Below, in pieces: positions 11,505-24,343 of a DNA stretch of 50,704 nt. Below the pieces are notes generated by a model, which was not told where the DNA came from, searched no databases, and worked only from the letters and a program-made list of their open reading frames with translations. This DNA comes from Octopus bimaculoides (lineage: Eukaryota): positions 61,103,054-61,153,757 of the forward strand of contig NC_068981.1 of the NCBI RefSeq assembly GCF_001194135.2, written 5' to 3'. How positions within the stretch are numbered: position 1 is the first letter of the stretch; the number at the start of each line of letters is the position of its first letter. The translations under genes and the position numbers were made by a program.

Positions 11505-14392
11505 GTATGTTCAGTTTCTCTAAAAGTTAATTTGTGGAGCTTTATCATACAACTGGCATTATATGTGCCTATCCAGTGTCCCGTAGATAATCACTTTCTT
11601 CATTTGGTTAGAATAATTGAGTAGACGTCCCTGGTTCTGTTGCTACTACGAAGGAATATGTTTTGTTGTGCATCATACGAGTGATATATTGAGTAGCATT
11701 GTATTTTATAGTGCTTTTTTTGCATGCCTTATATCAGCGGCATTACACACAGGGACGATGATTATATGTGATATGTAATTGGCTGGTATGTATAATATAA
11801 AATGGTGTGGATATCACTGAAGAGGTAATTTGTGGACCAGTTTGCAACAAAGTTTTGTCTTCAAAATTAAAGATTAAACAGAATCGATAGAAATGTTTCA
11901 TTTTAAAAGATTTTTATGTGTTATGGATTGCATGTAATGTGTTATAACATGCAATGATAATTCCATTTCACATTTTCATGTATGGAAATTTTCTGATTGT
12001 CTTTTGTATTCTATTCTGAAAATGATGATCTAATCATGAGTACGAAAAAAATGAAGTTACTATCATTTAAGTATTCAATGTGGATTCATACCTGATAACA
12101 TTAAATATGAAGAATTATATGTGTTATTTTTAGCAATGCTATAACAAAGTAAAGTAATGTTTACAACATATGGAGAAGAATGGATTGCTTTTCGAATGGC
12201 TGGTGAATGTTCTCAAATATATGAACCTAGATTTTACAAGGTCATTCCATGAAATGCATCAGAAGGTTACAGAAGTTTCTTACATCGCAGTATTGGATAT
12301 GAATAACGTATACAATTAGGTGAAGTTTGTGCAAAATTTGTTTTAAACTGGATGTAAAGATTTATTTATGATTGTCAGCGTGGATTTCGGGTGGCGAAGT
12401 ATGATTCCTAACTAAGACTATGAAATCAAGCAAAGAACCCCGACTCATTACCAGAATCATGATTCCAGAGTTTTAGAAATAAATATATATATATAGGTTA
12501 CCTCTATTTGCATAAGCAGAAGCTTCAAGATTTTCAAATTAATTGGAAATGACAAAGGGAAAGCATTATATCAATCTGGAAATGAATAATTCAGCGGCAG
12601 AAAAATCGCTAAAAGTAGAACATCAAGGTTTGCTCATTGGCTGTAATTGACTACATAGCAAGTTATAAGGGCAGGAAATCTTTTCACAAATCACACATTC
12701 GGAATAAGAAAAGATTGTTTAATATAGAACGTTTAAAAAATATGTTGTAAAAAAACTCGATAATAATGGCTTCAAAAATTTTCCTTATGATGATGTTCAA
12801 TCAGGAATTTCATGTGTCGAAACAAGTGCCTTAAATGTGGAGTGCCTACATAAATCTAGGTTTCCTGGGTTGTGTTGATATGTCTATCGCAATCTGTATC
12901 GAATATAGAGACGTGTATTTTGTGATAGACACAAAATAGAAATTAGTACATAATTAACTATTTAGAAATACATGTATATTTGATGAAGTCAACATATCTA
13001 TACGCATAAACAACTCTATGGACATATTGCAACTAGGGCAATAGTCTTTACGTCGTATTTTTCACCTGATTTAGGTTAACGTCAGATTGTTAGCACTGAA
13101 AACGTTAGCACTAAATCAATATATTAGTCGCTTCCAGCTTCAGTCAGATTTTCGTTCATTTTGTTTAATTTCGTTTCTATTTAAAAATTACCCGTGTTTA
13201 TTTTGTATGAAGAGCAACTCATGTCCATAGATTTTCGCACGTTTCCCGATCATCTGTTATTTATTTAATCAATGTACCTGTAAAAGATGTGAACTTCACA
13301 AGAACCACTTTTCTATTCCCTCAACATAGTCAAAAGAAAGAAATAATGCATAAACAACATCAAGTAATCAGATAAACTTACACATAATCAATATTTGTTC
13401 TATCTCAATAACGATGTTTTCTCAGAAATTATACACGCCTGAACTAGCATTTCTGTTCGTTCCCTTAGATCTAAACACAAACTGTTCTGCAATGAATATA
13501 CTCTCTTTTATTATAGAGTATATTTTAGTATATTCCAATATATCTGTATAACATAAATAAAAGCATCTTATTGAATATAGAATATTTTTTAAGCGATTGC
13601 TCTTTTAACTCATCAAAAGATACCAGTAAATTCAGTTGCGGTTTTAGTGTTCGTGTGAAAGAGATAAACGGGTTGAAGCAGCAGTGAAACATTTTCAATT
13701 CCTGTGTGCAGTCCATTTTCTTCAGATGATTAATAGGTTTCAGTAAGGCATGAATATCTTAACACTAAGTTTATTTTCACTAAGTATAAGGGATAGTTGG
13801 TTAGGTTTAAATTAAGCCAGTTCATATTGTATAATTTCTATCCGATTTTACAGATTAGGGTCTGCAAATACAATCTGAAGCTTATTTAAATAAAATCCGT
13901 ATACGTCCCGTATATTTCTTCACATCTGAAATGCAGCAATTAAATCGCTACTAATAGGATTGCATTATTACTGAATAAATTTCAGGAAATTAAAATACCA
14001 TAATGGCTTCTAAAATGTGACCAATATTCTTTCTTTGAGGTTGTTTTCTGGAGTTTTGTTTTGCTTTAGATATTTCCCAAATAGTATTAATTGATACGCT
14101 TATTATAGCCCATATGATTATTAAATCGCCATCTTGTGGATAAGAACATAGTCAGTAACAACAACAAATACATTAGAAATGATCATTAAGATGATAATGA
14201 AAATAATTATTTCTAAAGTCAACAAGATCCGTTTCCATACAAAATCTATCACGTCATACAAAATGCGATACAAAGCAAAAGCGAGTTGTGTGAATATAAT
14301 GCACACCTTCTCTCTCTCACCTTCTCCCTCTCACCTTCTCCCTCTCTCTCTCTCTCCCAAACACACGTATATATTTGCATAAATATATATAT

Positions 14393-14544
14393 NNNNNNNN
14401 NNNNNNNNNNNNNNNNNNNNNNNNNNNNNNNNNNNNNNNNNNNNNNNNNNNNNNNNNNNNNNNNNNNNNNNNNNNNNNNNNNNNNNNNNNNNNNNNNNNN
14501 NNNNNNNNNNNNNNNNNNNNNNNNNNNNNNNNNNNNNNNNNNNN
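14393..14544. other. Assembly gap
   Basis: N run. Confidence 1.
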
Positions 14545-15123
14545 AAGTAGACCAGTGTCCCTATGTCTATTTTAATTTTGATTTTAACATGAATCCACCC
14601 TATATCTCAGTTCAATATTCGTTCAAAACTAACATATTCAACAAATAAGTTTTACGATACATTTTTTTGTTTTAGGTTTCTGCATTAACTGAGTAAGGTA
14701 AACCCTACTAACTTTTTCTTTAAAGCTTTCGCATGTCACATTCTAGGGTCACCAGGTGTACCACTACCGGCTTCATTTCCATCCTCCCCTTTACTCATGT
14801 GTTTGTTTCCTATCACCGTCGCACTCCCCCTATCATCCACAACACTATCTTCCTTTAGTCATCATAACCACTGACATTTGTGTTCTAGTTGCCTCCTTTA
14901 TAATATCTGTTTCTACTCCCATTATTCTTATTATTATCTTCCAGGAATTCGAAGGGTGATGCATAGCGTGCACGCAGATAACATTTTCACAAATTATAGT
15001 GAGGCTTGCAAGGCGTTGCATATCCATGATTTTTAATGAAGCTGAATAATTTTTTTTTAAGTATCACCATTAAGTTATTTATAATCCAGTGAATTTAAGT
15101 AATCAGCTTGCAAATGAGCGAAA

Positions 15124-15670
15124 CCCTCGAATCCATCAGTGCACCCCCACACACACAAACACACACACACCCAATCACACACACACACACACACAAAGAC
15201 ACACACACAAACACACACACATGTCGCATATGTATGTATGAACTTATGTACACGTGGCTACGCGCATAGGTACACCATGGTCTATGCAGATGCAGACAAA
15301 GTTCGATTCATATGAAAAAGAAAGTAGGCAAAATATTATGGTCACTTGCTTATCGGGAAATTTGTAAGTCCGATTTAAAAAAATATATAAAGGTATTTAT
15401 ACTGCGGTTGATATTAAGAAATCAAATCCTATATAAACGACGCCCTTGAATCCATCACTGTACACACACGCGCATACGCACACACACACATGTACACATG
15501 TACGCGCGCGCACATACACCCAGTCATATTCTTATGTATGTATATGCACAAGTGTCTACGTGCATAGTTACACAATGATCTATACACACTCAGACGAGGG
15601 TCGATTCATCTGAAAATGTAAGTGAACAAATCAATGACCACTTCTTATCGGGGAATTTGTAAGTTCCGTT
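15124..15670. repeat. Diverged tandem duplication, period about 319 bp
   Basis: Units start CCC(T/C)..GAATCCATCA at 15124 and 15443. Both contain a CA microsatellite, a TCGATTCAT.TGAAAA block and CTTATCGGG.AATTTGTAAGT. Confidence 0.85.
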
Positions 15671-15689
15671 TATTTTGTTTGTATTTTTT

Positions 15690-15873
15690 TTTTTTGTAAA
15701 GATAATCAAAACAAATGTTTACCATTTCGAGCCAATCACCCAACGAGTATTTCTTCCAAATGTGGTGAAAATCCGTCCAACTGTTCTCCGGTGAATTTAC
15801 AAACACACAAACAAACAGACAAAGACGAGTGATTACAATGCCTTGCATTTGCTTACGCGTGCTCGGTGACTAG
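15690..15873 (+). mobile_element. Possible non-autonomous Helitron/Helentron-type fragment
   Basis: TGAAAATCCGTCCA...ACAAACAAACAGACAAA...GATTACAAT resembles widespread HINE-like elements and ends at CTAG|T. The hairpin is weak. Confidence 0.3.
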
Positions 15874-16133
15874 TATTATTAATAATCATGATAGAAATAT
15901 TATCATTAATTTCTTCTTATTATTTTCTTCTCAGTATTAGTATTTTCGCAGTCGTTGTTGTTATTCTTTTTAATTTCAAACTTCTTTTCTGTTTGTCATT
16001 TTCTTTAATTTTATATTGTCGCTAGACTTAAACTGACACAACTCGTCACTCAGCGAATATAACATGATAATGGCAATTGTATGAAACTCGTCATTGTCCA
16101 AATCAACCGCCTAGTTCCACCCAGCTATTCGTT

Positions 16134-16305
16134 TTCTTCTTCTTCTTCTTCTTATTCTTCTTATTTTTTTTCTTCTTCTTCTTCTTGTTCTTCTTCTTCT
16201 TCTTGTTCTTCTTCTTCTTCTTGTTCTTCTTCTTCTTCTTCTTCTTCTTCTTCTTCTTCTTCTTCTTCTTCTTCTTCTTCTTCTTCTTCTTCTTCTTCTT
16301 CTTCT
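16134..16305. repeat. (TCT)n microsatellite
   Basis: Long TCT array, the source of the poly-F/S/K/E ORFs. Confidence 0.98.
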
Positions 16306-16585
16306 GTTCTCTTTCCATTTCTACTGTTTCTTCGTCGCTTAACCATAATTTCATCTACTCTGATCCATTCTATTTACATTTTCATATTTCTTTGCTTTTT
16401 GCAAAATGTCTGACAGATTCACGATGTAAGATCGTATCTTTGATTCAGGTCTGAGGAAGTGCCACACTAATCTATAAAACCGCAAATATTACATTCATTT
16501 CCTTTTTGATCTTTTGCGTGAACTAGCGTTGAAAGCAGAATCAATTGCAGCTGATCATTAAGGATGTGTTAAAGTATTTCTTCTC

Positions 16586-16619
<34 letters not shown>

Positions 16620-16684
16620 GAGGAAGAATGCAGTGAACTGACAAGACTTTAAATAGCAACAACAAGCCCTAGTAGCTGCTCAGG

Positions 16685-16694
16685 NNNNNNNNNN
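16685..16694. other. Assembly gap (10 N)
   Basis: N run. Confidence 1.
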
Positions 16695-16784
16695 TAATGC
16701 ATCCAAAGAAAAGAAGTGGATGGATGAAAGTCAGAAGAAGGAACTGCAAAAGAAGTATAACATTAGACAAAAGTTATTGCCTTT

Positions 16785-17491
16785 ATTAAAGGCGATCTAA
16801 AAGAACAAAATTGGGAACTGTTCAGCAGCTGCCACCGCTGGGAAAAATATTGATCATGTTCACTATTGATCATGGTGATTGATAACAGGGGACTGATTAT
16901 AAATCAAATAGCCAATAGTATTAGCATATCCCAGGAGGGAGTTGAGAATATTCTGCGCAATGAATTTGGCTTGACGAAATTTTCTGCTCAGTGAGCACCA
17001 CGTCACGTGACACCTGATTATATGCATTCGAAGCTGGTCACATCAGGGGAAAATCAAATATTGTTGGAGATGTATCCATTTGGTTTCTTTCATAGTTTCC
17101 AAAACATACAAGGAAGTCTAGTTTCGTCGGGATGATGCACAAGTATACAAGTCTTTGCTTTCAATGATTGCTGCGTATGACTCTGGCCTTGAAATGGTTG
17201 AGTACCGTTCCTATTCGACTGATTTGTACACATCTGACTATCAAGTATTCTCCAACTTGCAAAATCACCTGGATGGGAAGAAGTATCTCAGTGATAATGA
17301 CTTCAAAGCCGTTTTTGATGACTATTGACCAGCAGACTAAAATCTTATTCATTAATTGTATCCAAGCACAGCAACACCGATGGAAAAAATGTGTGGAGAC
17401 AAGGGGGACCATGTTTAAAAATAAACTTCATTTCGTGACATTACATGAGAGTGCCTTGGTCAGCCTATTCATTTATCAGGCCATCCTCGTA
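16785..17491 (+). mobile_element. Mariner (DD34D) transposon remnant, internally deleted, with right end
   Basis: NIDHVH..VIDNRGLIINQIANSISISQEGVENILRNEFGLTKFSAQ*APR, then DDAQVYKS...YSTDLYTSDYQVFSNLQNHLDGKKY..QAQQHRWKKCVETRG. Ends ...GGCCATCCTCG-TA. Confidence 0.9.
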
Positions 17492-17689
17492 TGACCATAG
17501 AACCAAGCAGACTGCTTCATATTAGCAATATTAATATTTCGATATAGTACCGTCTCCTCGAACTGCGATGTGTACATTAACTCTCAAACAGACTGTTAGT
17601 CTGTTCTTCTCGAAAAACAGGATATTGCTAATATATATCTGACCAACAAAAAGTTAAGTATGCCTCTAAACTTCCACACCGTGAGACAA

Positions 17690-18200
17690 AATGCCAACTG
17701 TGTCTTACCAATGTGAAACATACATTACACTTATCCTTTTCTTCTGTCTGAAAATGTCCGTAGTTCACTACATTTCCTAGAGATATGAAATTTTCGCGTA
17801 TGTAGTCGTCAACGCTTTACACCGAAATGATTCTCCGATGACCATGATAATGATAGGCATAAAATAGAAGGTATATACATATTTACAAATAAAGAATACT
17901 GGCGAAATATTCTATTAAAAAGACCAACTTGATGTAAAAGCAAAAAGCCTGATATTGTTATTTGGGCCAGCGATCAAAGGTCGCGCACTATTGTATAAAG
18001 AAACTGTTCTTGGTATGTTAATATCGCAACAACATTTCGGAAAAGGAGAACATCTATGGATAAGCGATGTGCATATTTCAACTCTCATATCTAGGCTAGA
18101 TATTTTAATACTTATCATAGTTGTAGCGGTTCCGTTGTCTACTGATTTCCGTAAAAGCATGAAAAATCTTGTTTTGTTTCCGGAAGAAAAGAAAAGCAAA
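17690..18200 (+). mobile_element. R2/NeSL/R4-type non-LTR C-terminal remnant (CCHC knuckle plus restriction-like endonuclease)
   Basis: CQLCLTNVKHTLH, KEYWRNILLK, KKPDIVIW, NISEKE and ILIIVVAVPLSTDFRKSMKNL occur in the expected order across frameshifts. Confidence 0.55.
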
Positions 18201-18574
18201 TGTTTTCCCATTCTTGACATGCTAATGATTAGTAGTAAACTGAAAATTTGTAAATTTTTTCAGGAATTCTCATTTTGTTGGTTCCTGTGATGTATACGTA
18301 TACATAATCACACGTACATAGGAAACACAGAACAGATCCTGATGTAAATAGCACTGACGTGCACTTGTGCACGAAAGAAAAAAGCACATATATTTTGGCT
18401 CAAAGACAGAAATTTCAGAAGAGGGATAAGATGTTTAAACCAACCCTATATTTTTACGAACTCAAAAGGAGGAAAGACAGAGCATATCCCGCATAGATAA
18501 AGTCTATCTCACATACACATATATCCACATCGACCTATTCATACAGCCAAAGTTTAAAAAAAGAAACGTAAGGA

Positions 18575-18673
18575 ACCCGAACAAAATATACTGGAAAGAA
18601 CTGTTTGTCTCAAACAAGAAGAACTGTAAATAAATGTTTGACTCGAACAAAAAGAATTGTAAAAAACTGTTTG
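18575..18673. repeat. Degenerate 33-bp minisatellite, 3 copies
   Basis: Units 18575-18607, 18608-18640 and 18641-18673, each xCxC(G/A)AACAA...A(C/A)TGTTTG. Confidence 0.75.
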
Positions 18674-18977
18674 ACGTGAAAAAAATAGCCACTTTTTTGT
18701 GGTCGTATTGAATAATGAAAAGGTTTAAAAAATTGATATAAAAGAAGGAAACTCTTTCACACCATGCATTTATACAGACTTCTCAGCATTCTGAAGGGAT
18801 CTGCCAATTAAATTGGCAAATCGAAACGATCGTAGATGCAACATTATATAATCTATACCTAATTGATTAAATTAATGGCTAACTAGCGCAATCGACCTGC
18901 TTCTTCCTGTATTTGTTTCTCCATTTTCTACATGATTATATATACATATATATACATATATATATACACACACACCT

Positions 18978-19114
18978 ACGACGGTCTTATGTCAGTTTCC
19001 GTCTAAGAAATCCACTCACAAGGCTTTGGTCGACTCGAGGCTACAGTAAAATATTGTCGCTCAAGTTGCCATGCAGCGGGACTGAACCTGAAAGGGTGTG
19101 GTTTAGAAGCAACT
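18978..19114 (-). mobile_element. tRNA-derived SINE family A, head fragment
   Basis: ACGACGG..TCAGTTTCCGTCTA..AAATCCACTCACAAGGCTTTGGTCG...GGGACTGAACC matches the copies at 30498 and 50516. Confidence 0.85.
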
Positions 19115-19812
19115 TTTTTTTTTTATCACACAAGAAAAAAAATTGAATACGTCTTCGCACAAATTATATTGTAGCATCATTTTTGGTAAAGAAACCATTT
19201 GCATCCTCTGTATTACTCTTACTCCTTCCATTCAATTAATGTAATGAAAATCATCAACGCCATCAGAATCAGCAGAAAGACGCCACCACCTCAACAGCTA
19301 CCATGATCCTCCTCCTCTTCATGCTGCCTCCTTCTCATCATCATCATCATCATCATCACTATCACATTTTAACGCCATGAATAATATAATTATTTCTCTT
19401 CAATTTACCCTTAGTTAATGTATTTTCTCTCGAAACAAGAAGTTAAACTTCATTAAAACCATGTCATTTAGATAACATTTGTTCCTGCAAAAGACATTTA
19501 TGTAATGCTTAATAATACAAAGAACACATTTAAGAAAAGCAAAACACAAGTACGGTTCAAAGTTACATGGTAGTATTCAGTGCACTTGTATTATACGAGT
19601 TCACGTTGCATGAGTGCACCTAATATCATTCTGAACATGCATACTTTATTAAACCGAAATTGCGTTTGTCTTAATGTAATGGGAAACAACTCACGTTATA
19701 TCTTTAGACTATCTCTAAATTTATATATGTTACATTTGGCTAACGGCCATATAAAAAGAAGAAATTCCTCATTATCAAATTCTTTAAAATAATACCTTGA
19801 GAATATTGGCTG

Positions 19813-20037
19813 TACGAGGGAGTACTAAAAGGTCCTGACTTTGGGGTAAAAGAAAATATTTGATGATCAGTTAATTATAATTTTATTCAACATATTCATT
19901 CGCTTCTCAGATTCACACATTTATTGAAACGGTCCTGCATGTTTTCTATGTCGTATAAAAGAACTTTGAACGTTGGGTTTCCAATCATGCCTTTTGCGAT
20001 ACCCTCCACGCCAGGAACTTTTCAGCAACCTCTCGTA
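19813..20037. mobile_element. Mariner-derived MITE (about 225 bp) with TA target-site duplication
   Basis: Left TA-CGAGGGAGTACTAAAAGGTCCTGAC versus reverse complement of the right end TA-CGAGAGGTTGCTGAAAAGTTCCTGGC. No transposase inside. Confidence 0.75.
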
Positions 20038-20892
20038 TCTAACAAGTTACTTATAATAACCGATTCTATTTTCAATATGATATACATTGTGACATGTGTT
20101 GATAAGCATTTTCCATTAGCACTAAATAATTATAAAACAATTCTCAATATAGGAGCAGAACAAAATACCCATAGTACTAAACATATGAAAACACTATATT
20201 CAAACAAATGTTCTTCACTCGACAAGCTTTCTTGGATTTTATACTGCATTCAGAGTATATATTTAAAAGATTATAAGAATATATGAGATCAAAAGAATAT
20301 ACTTATATATATATTTATAAATGTATATATATATGTATGTGTGTGTGTGTGTTTGTGTGCGTGTGCACGTTTGTGTATTAGTGAGTGTGCGTACATGTGT
20401 GTGTGTGTGTGTGTGTGGTTTTATGAATATATATAAAGAATGCTTTATGAAGAATTGACATTTGGCGTTTCTTTATTTTTCCTTGATGGATAACGGTTTC
20501 TGGTATTCTGATTATACGAATCCTTTCATGTATTTGTCCTGTAGTTACATGTAGGTTAGTCTGTAATAAGTATTTCTTTTTTGAGGTTATCAATAGGCAG
20601 ATGTTATCTCAATATTCTTCTCTGTCAGATGTAGTTACCAAAGGATCATCTCAAGAAGCACTTTTGAAAAGAATTTGAGTTGTATATAATGCGTGAATTC
20701 TATCATTTGTTTTTGTTCACTTAACACATCCTAAACATAGGAGCTGAATATCGCAACAGTTATAGACGTTTGTCGTGCTTTAAAAGCACGGCAAATAAGT
20801 CTTTTCTAAAGAGAATAAAGCTCCTCCTCGAGTCATATAGTCATAGAGCTACTTCACTGTTTCCATGTCGAATATATACCCGGGAAAATATT

Positions 20893-21035
20893 CAATTTTG
20901 CTTGCTGAGTGGACCTGAAAGTAACGCGAAAGTAGTGTTTTGCGGAAGAGAAATTTGCTTCGTCTGATCAGGAAATCGAAACCACAGTCATACGATTATG
21001 AGTCCAATACCCTAACAACTAAGCCACTAATCTCC
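20893..21035 (-). mobile_element. tRNA-derived SINE family C
   Basis: Minus strand has A-box TGGCTTAGTTGTTAGG and B-box GGTTTCGATTTCC, then GCAAAACACT..GTCCACTCAGC. Confidence 0.65.
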
Positions 21036-21269
21036 ATACAAGTCTTCTTTTTAGCATGAAAGTAAGTTGGTCTATGTTATTTCCAGTATCTACAAAATAT
21101 GATTTCTGCTTCAGGAATACTTTTATCCTTGTCGAAATATTTGTCGAATCAACAAAGATTATGTATACACTGACATTGTAATGTCGTTGATGAATAGGCG
21201 ATTAGTTTATAGTATTTTTAGATTGGTGGTGGCTAGTTATTTGTAAATTTTGCAGCTTTTGAAGACATT

Positions 21270-21422
21270 GGTGCAGGCGTGACTGTGTGGAAAAGAAGCT
21301 TACTTTCCAACCACATGATTCCGGGTTCAGTCACAGTACGTGACATCTTGGGCATCGAGTTGAGCAATGCCTTGTGAGTGGACTTGGTAGTCGGAGTCTG
21401 CAACAAGCCTGTCGTATGCACA

Positions 21423-21479
<57 letters not shown>

Positions 21480-21741
21480 GTGTGTGTGTGTGTGTGTTTG
21501 TGTGCATGTGTATGAGCGCGTGTGCGTTTGTGTTTGCGTCTGTGTTTGTCTCAGCCGACTAGTGTATGACAATCAGTGTTGGTGTATATGCGTTGCCGTA
21601 TCTAGCATTTCATGAAAAGAGACCGGTAGGATAATTACCAGGCTTAAAAATTATGTACTGCAGAAAATTCATTCGACTATAAATTCAAGGCGGTGCCCCA
21701 GCATGACCGCAGTCTGATGACTGAAACAAGTAAGAGATAAA
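21270..21741 (+). mobile_element. SINE family A, near full length with internal (AT)n/(TG)n
   Basis: Head GCAGGCGTGACTGTGTGG...GGGTTCAGTC, internal microsatellite, and tail GGCGGTGCCCCAGCATGACCGCAGTC..TGACTGAAACAAGTAAGAG. Collinear with the reverse complement of 50307-50680. Confidence 0.85.
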
Positions 21742-21799
21742 ACAATACACTGCTGCTAGTGTGTTGAAGTAATTTATTTGACTCAAATACTTTTGGCAC

Positions 21800-22890
21800 T
21801 TTGTCTATTCTACTAATTATAATCCCAATTATTTCTTTTATGTATTAAAATACTACATTTTTCTCACAATATTTTGCTCTTGCTACGCGTATTTTATTAA
21901 CAACGCACATTCCACTCACTGTTCCTGACTACTCTGTAATTTTCTTATGCATGTTCGTTTGTTATAGCTAACGATGTTCTTATTACAACCCAACACTGTT
22001 CTAATTTGAGGTCTCTTTACGATTCCGTTATCGTCATGTTTCTTTTATTGTTTATTGTTATTGTCTTCTGTAAATTCTTTCACAGAGTTTGTTATGTTTA
22101 AAGTAATGTCCATTACTTTCCAATCGCGTGCTGTGCACTACTTTTCTTTCAGTTTCATGCCTTCTTTTCTAAAATGTTGTCTTCTAACGATATATTTTAT
22201 CTTGATAACAATTTTCTGGAAAATTTGTCTTAATATTTTGTCTTCAGTATAAATTCCATGTGTAGAACTAGATATAATCACCGTCTCCTTTTCGTTGTCC
22301 CTTCTTCCATATATTTCTATTTCAGGCTTATTTTGCTCACCTGACTCGACAACAATGCGTGCATACATGTTATTCTCATAGTAAGGAATACACTGAGTAA
22401 TTTCTCTTATCTCTGTATCATTGGGTCAATTTTGTTTCTACAGTTGTTCTTAACACACCATTTCTATTGCATTTATTTATTTCTGTGAGCGAGATTTGAG
22501 ATTGTCCTGAAATTTCTATCAGAATGTGAGATTTTATATTATTTGGCTCATGAACCACGTTGTAAATTCTTTAAGAACGTAACACACTTTTTAATTGTGT
22601 GACTCATTGAGCGCTCCGCCGTTTTTATTATGTGCGGTTTCCCTCTAATTCTATCTACTTTTTTAAAAGTAACATTTAGATCTGTGTGAGTAATATTTTA
22701 AATATAGCGTTATGTATAACATACTGGTGGATGTCAAGTGTTTGGATATACCTAAGGTTCAGTTGGGTATATGTGCTCCATTATTGTATTTGTGTTACGT
22801 TTGTCTCCTAATTGTAACTTCTCTCACGAATGCATACAGTTTTTTTGACTAATTTTTAGTTTTTGACATTCCATCTGTACCTTTTCAATA
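21800..22890 (-). mobile_element. Decayed Penelope-like RT remnant
   Basis: EIYGRRDN (YRDD-like), ILRQIFQK and KVMDITLNITN (FLDITLNL-like) on the minus strand. Many stops. Confidence 0.4.
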
Positions 22891-22904
22891 TAAATTAGAT
22901 TATG

Positions 22905-23090
22905 AAAGCGGAGAGCTGGCAGAAACGTTAGCGAAATGCTTAGCGGTATTTCATCTGCCTTTACGTTCTGAGTTCAAATTCCGCCGTGGTCGACTTTGCA
23001 TTTCATCCTTTCGGGGTCGATAAATTAAGATCTAATTGACTGGCCCCATCCCCAAAAATTTCGGGCATTCTGCCTAGAGTAGAAAAGATT
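22905..23090 (+). mobile_element. tRNA-derived SINE family B
   Basis: GAGCTGGCAGAAACGTTAG (A-box), GAGTTCAAATTCC (B-box), and core TTTCATCCTTTCGGGGTCGATAAATTAAG resembling the Nin/Deu SINE domain. Confidence 0.9.
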
Positions 23091-24223
23091 TAGGATTTAG
23101 ATTATTATTTCTTATGCTCTTTTTCGTTTTCAAAAAATGCATAACTGTATTCGGTAAATTACTGAAACAAAAACTTCCTTTCTCTCTCGTATATGAGTGT
23201 GTGTTATATGTATAGAAGAATCGGTAAAAGCTCCGTGTTGCAGCAACGGCAATATAACTTCTTGGTTCAGATACCGCCAGAGTCAACTTCGACATTAATC
23301 CTCTTTAATTCCTCAGCTATCGGTAATGGAAAGCCAATGACATACTGAGGTCGATATTAAGATATGTATCTTGAAATAGTTTGTTCTCTTTAAGTGTGGC
23401 AGAAATCTATATGCAAGGTTTTCGTCGAATAACTACTCAATATTATCAATTCAATGTTCATAATTCTTTTATAATCAATATTTTTGTGCTTATGAATATT
23501 AGTTTCAAGTACTGGTCATTCCATTCGGGTGGATTAAAGCTGAATAGACTCCCACTAAGTATTTCTTTTCTTGCTTCATCTTTCGTCAGCATTAAAATCA
23601 AACTTCACTTATCAATTACTCTTTTGCACTGAATAGAGTTGTTTATCCGGGTATTTCCCTTTGCAGACTTTCTTTCTGTCACTTAATCATTTTTTATGGT
23701 AGCATGCACCCAATGAATATAACGTGTATTTTACGCGGTGTAAACTTTTACTAAACAATCAAAGCAAAAACGAAATTAATCCATGTTTTGTAGATAACTA
23801 TTTTGAATGGCAGTAATATTCAGTAAATATTAGCTTTTCTTCATAGATCTCATCCCTCCTGACTTTTCTCATTTTCTTCTTCGTTTATAAGTCGTCCCTT
23901 CATCTTCCTTTGGTCAAAAAGGTCTGATATTTATTCTAAGACTCTTGGTTATATCGAAAGACACAGTGTTGTGGACTTAGCTGAAAAGGATGATGTTTGG
24001 CTCTTCCCTTTTTGTTCTATCCATATTATTTTCTCAAGCGGCACTTGCATAGATAAGTAGCATGTATGGAAGTGAAAAGGTAGGAGACCAAAAACAGATG
24101 CTCTGAGTGTTGCTATAGACTATAACAGGTCAACCAAACATCTTCAGGCTTCTAATAGCAATTTAGCGAAACCGTAAATTTATGTTATCAAACCAAAATG
24201 ATTAGTAATAGCACCACACATAC

Positions 24224-24343
24224 CCGACAGAGAGGTAATTTTTCATTGAGAGATAGATGCACAAAACTTCATTCCAAGCAGACGCATACGGATTTAGAAA
24301 GGTATAAGCCGATTGATTGTGTTTGGGGTGGGTGGGATTGGTT
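24224..24343 (-). other. Candidate 120-nt exon, unassigned (TNPTHPKHNQSAYTFLNPYASAWNEVLCIYLSMKNYLSV)
   Basis: Acceptor GTATTTCAG, donor GG|GTATGT, one open frame (phase 2-2). No homology recognised. Confidence 0.2.

Noticed and set aside
11200-12750. Possible CR1-like LINE fossil (GQFNLEI, LDFTRSF, CQRGFR)
   Set aside because: The motifs are weak and out of canonical order, so I could not support a feature call.
14121-14306. Hydrophobic 61-aa minus-strand ORF resembling a membrane peptide
   Set aside because: AT-rich ATC/ATT composition explains the hydrophobicity, and it starts next to a CT repeat.
16077-16454. Poly-F/S/K/E ORFs
   Set aside because: They come from the (TCT)n microsatellite.
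17519-17636. Short inverted repeats (ATATTAGCAATAT pair and AACAGACT hairpin)
   Set aside because: The arms are 8-13 bp, not concentric, and plausible by chance.
18575-18673. CRISPR-like 33-bp periodicity
   Set aside because: The units are contiguous with no spacers, there are no cas genes, and the context is eukaryotic.
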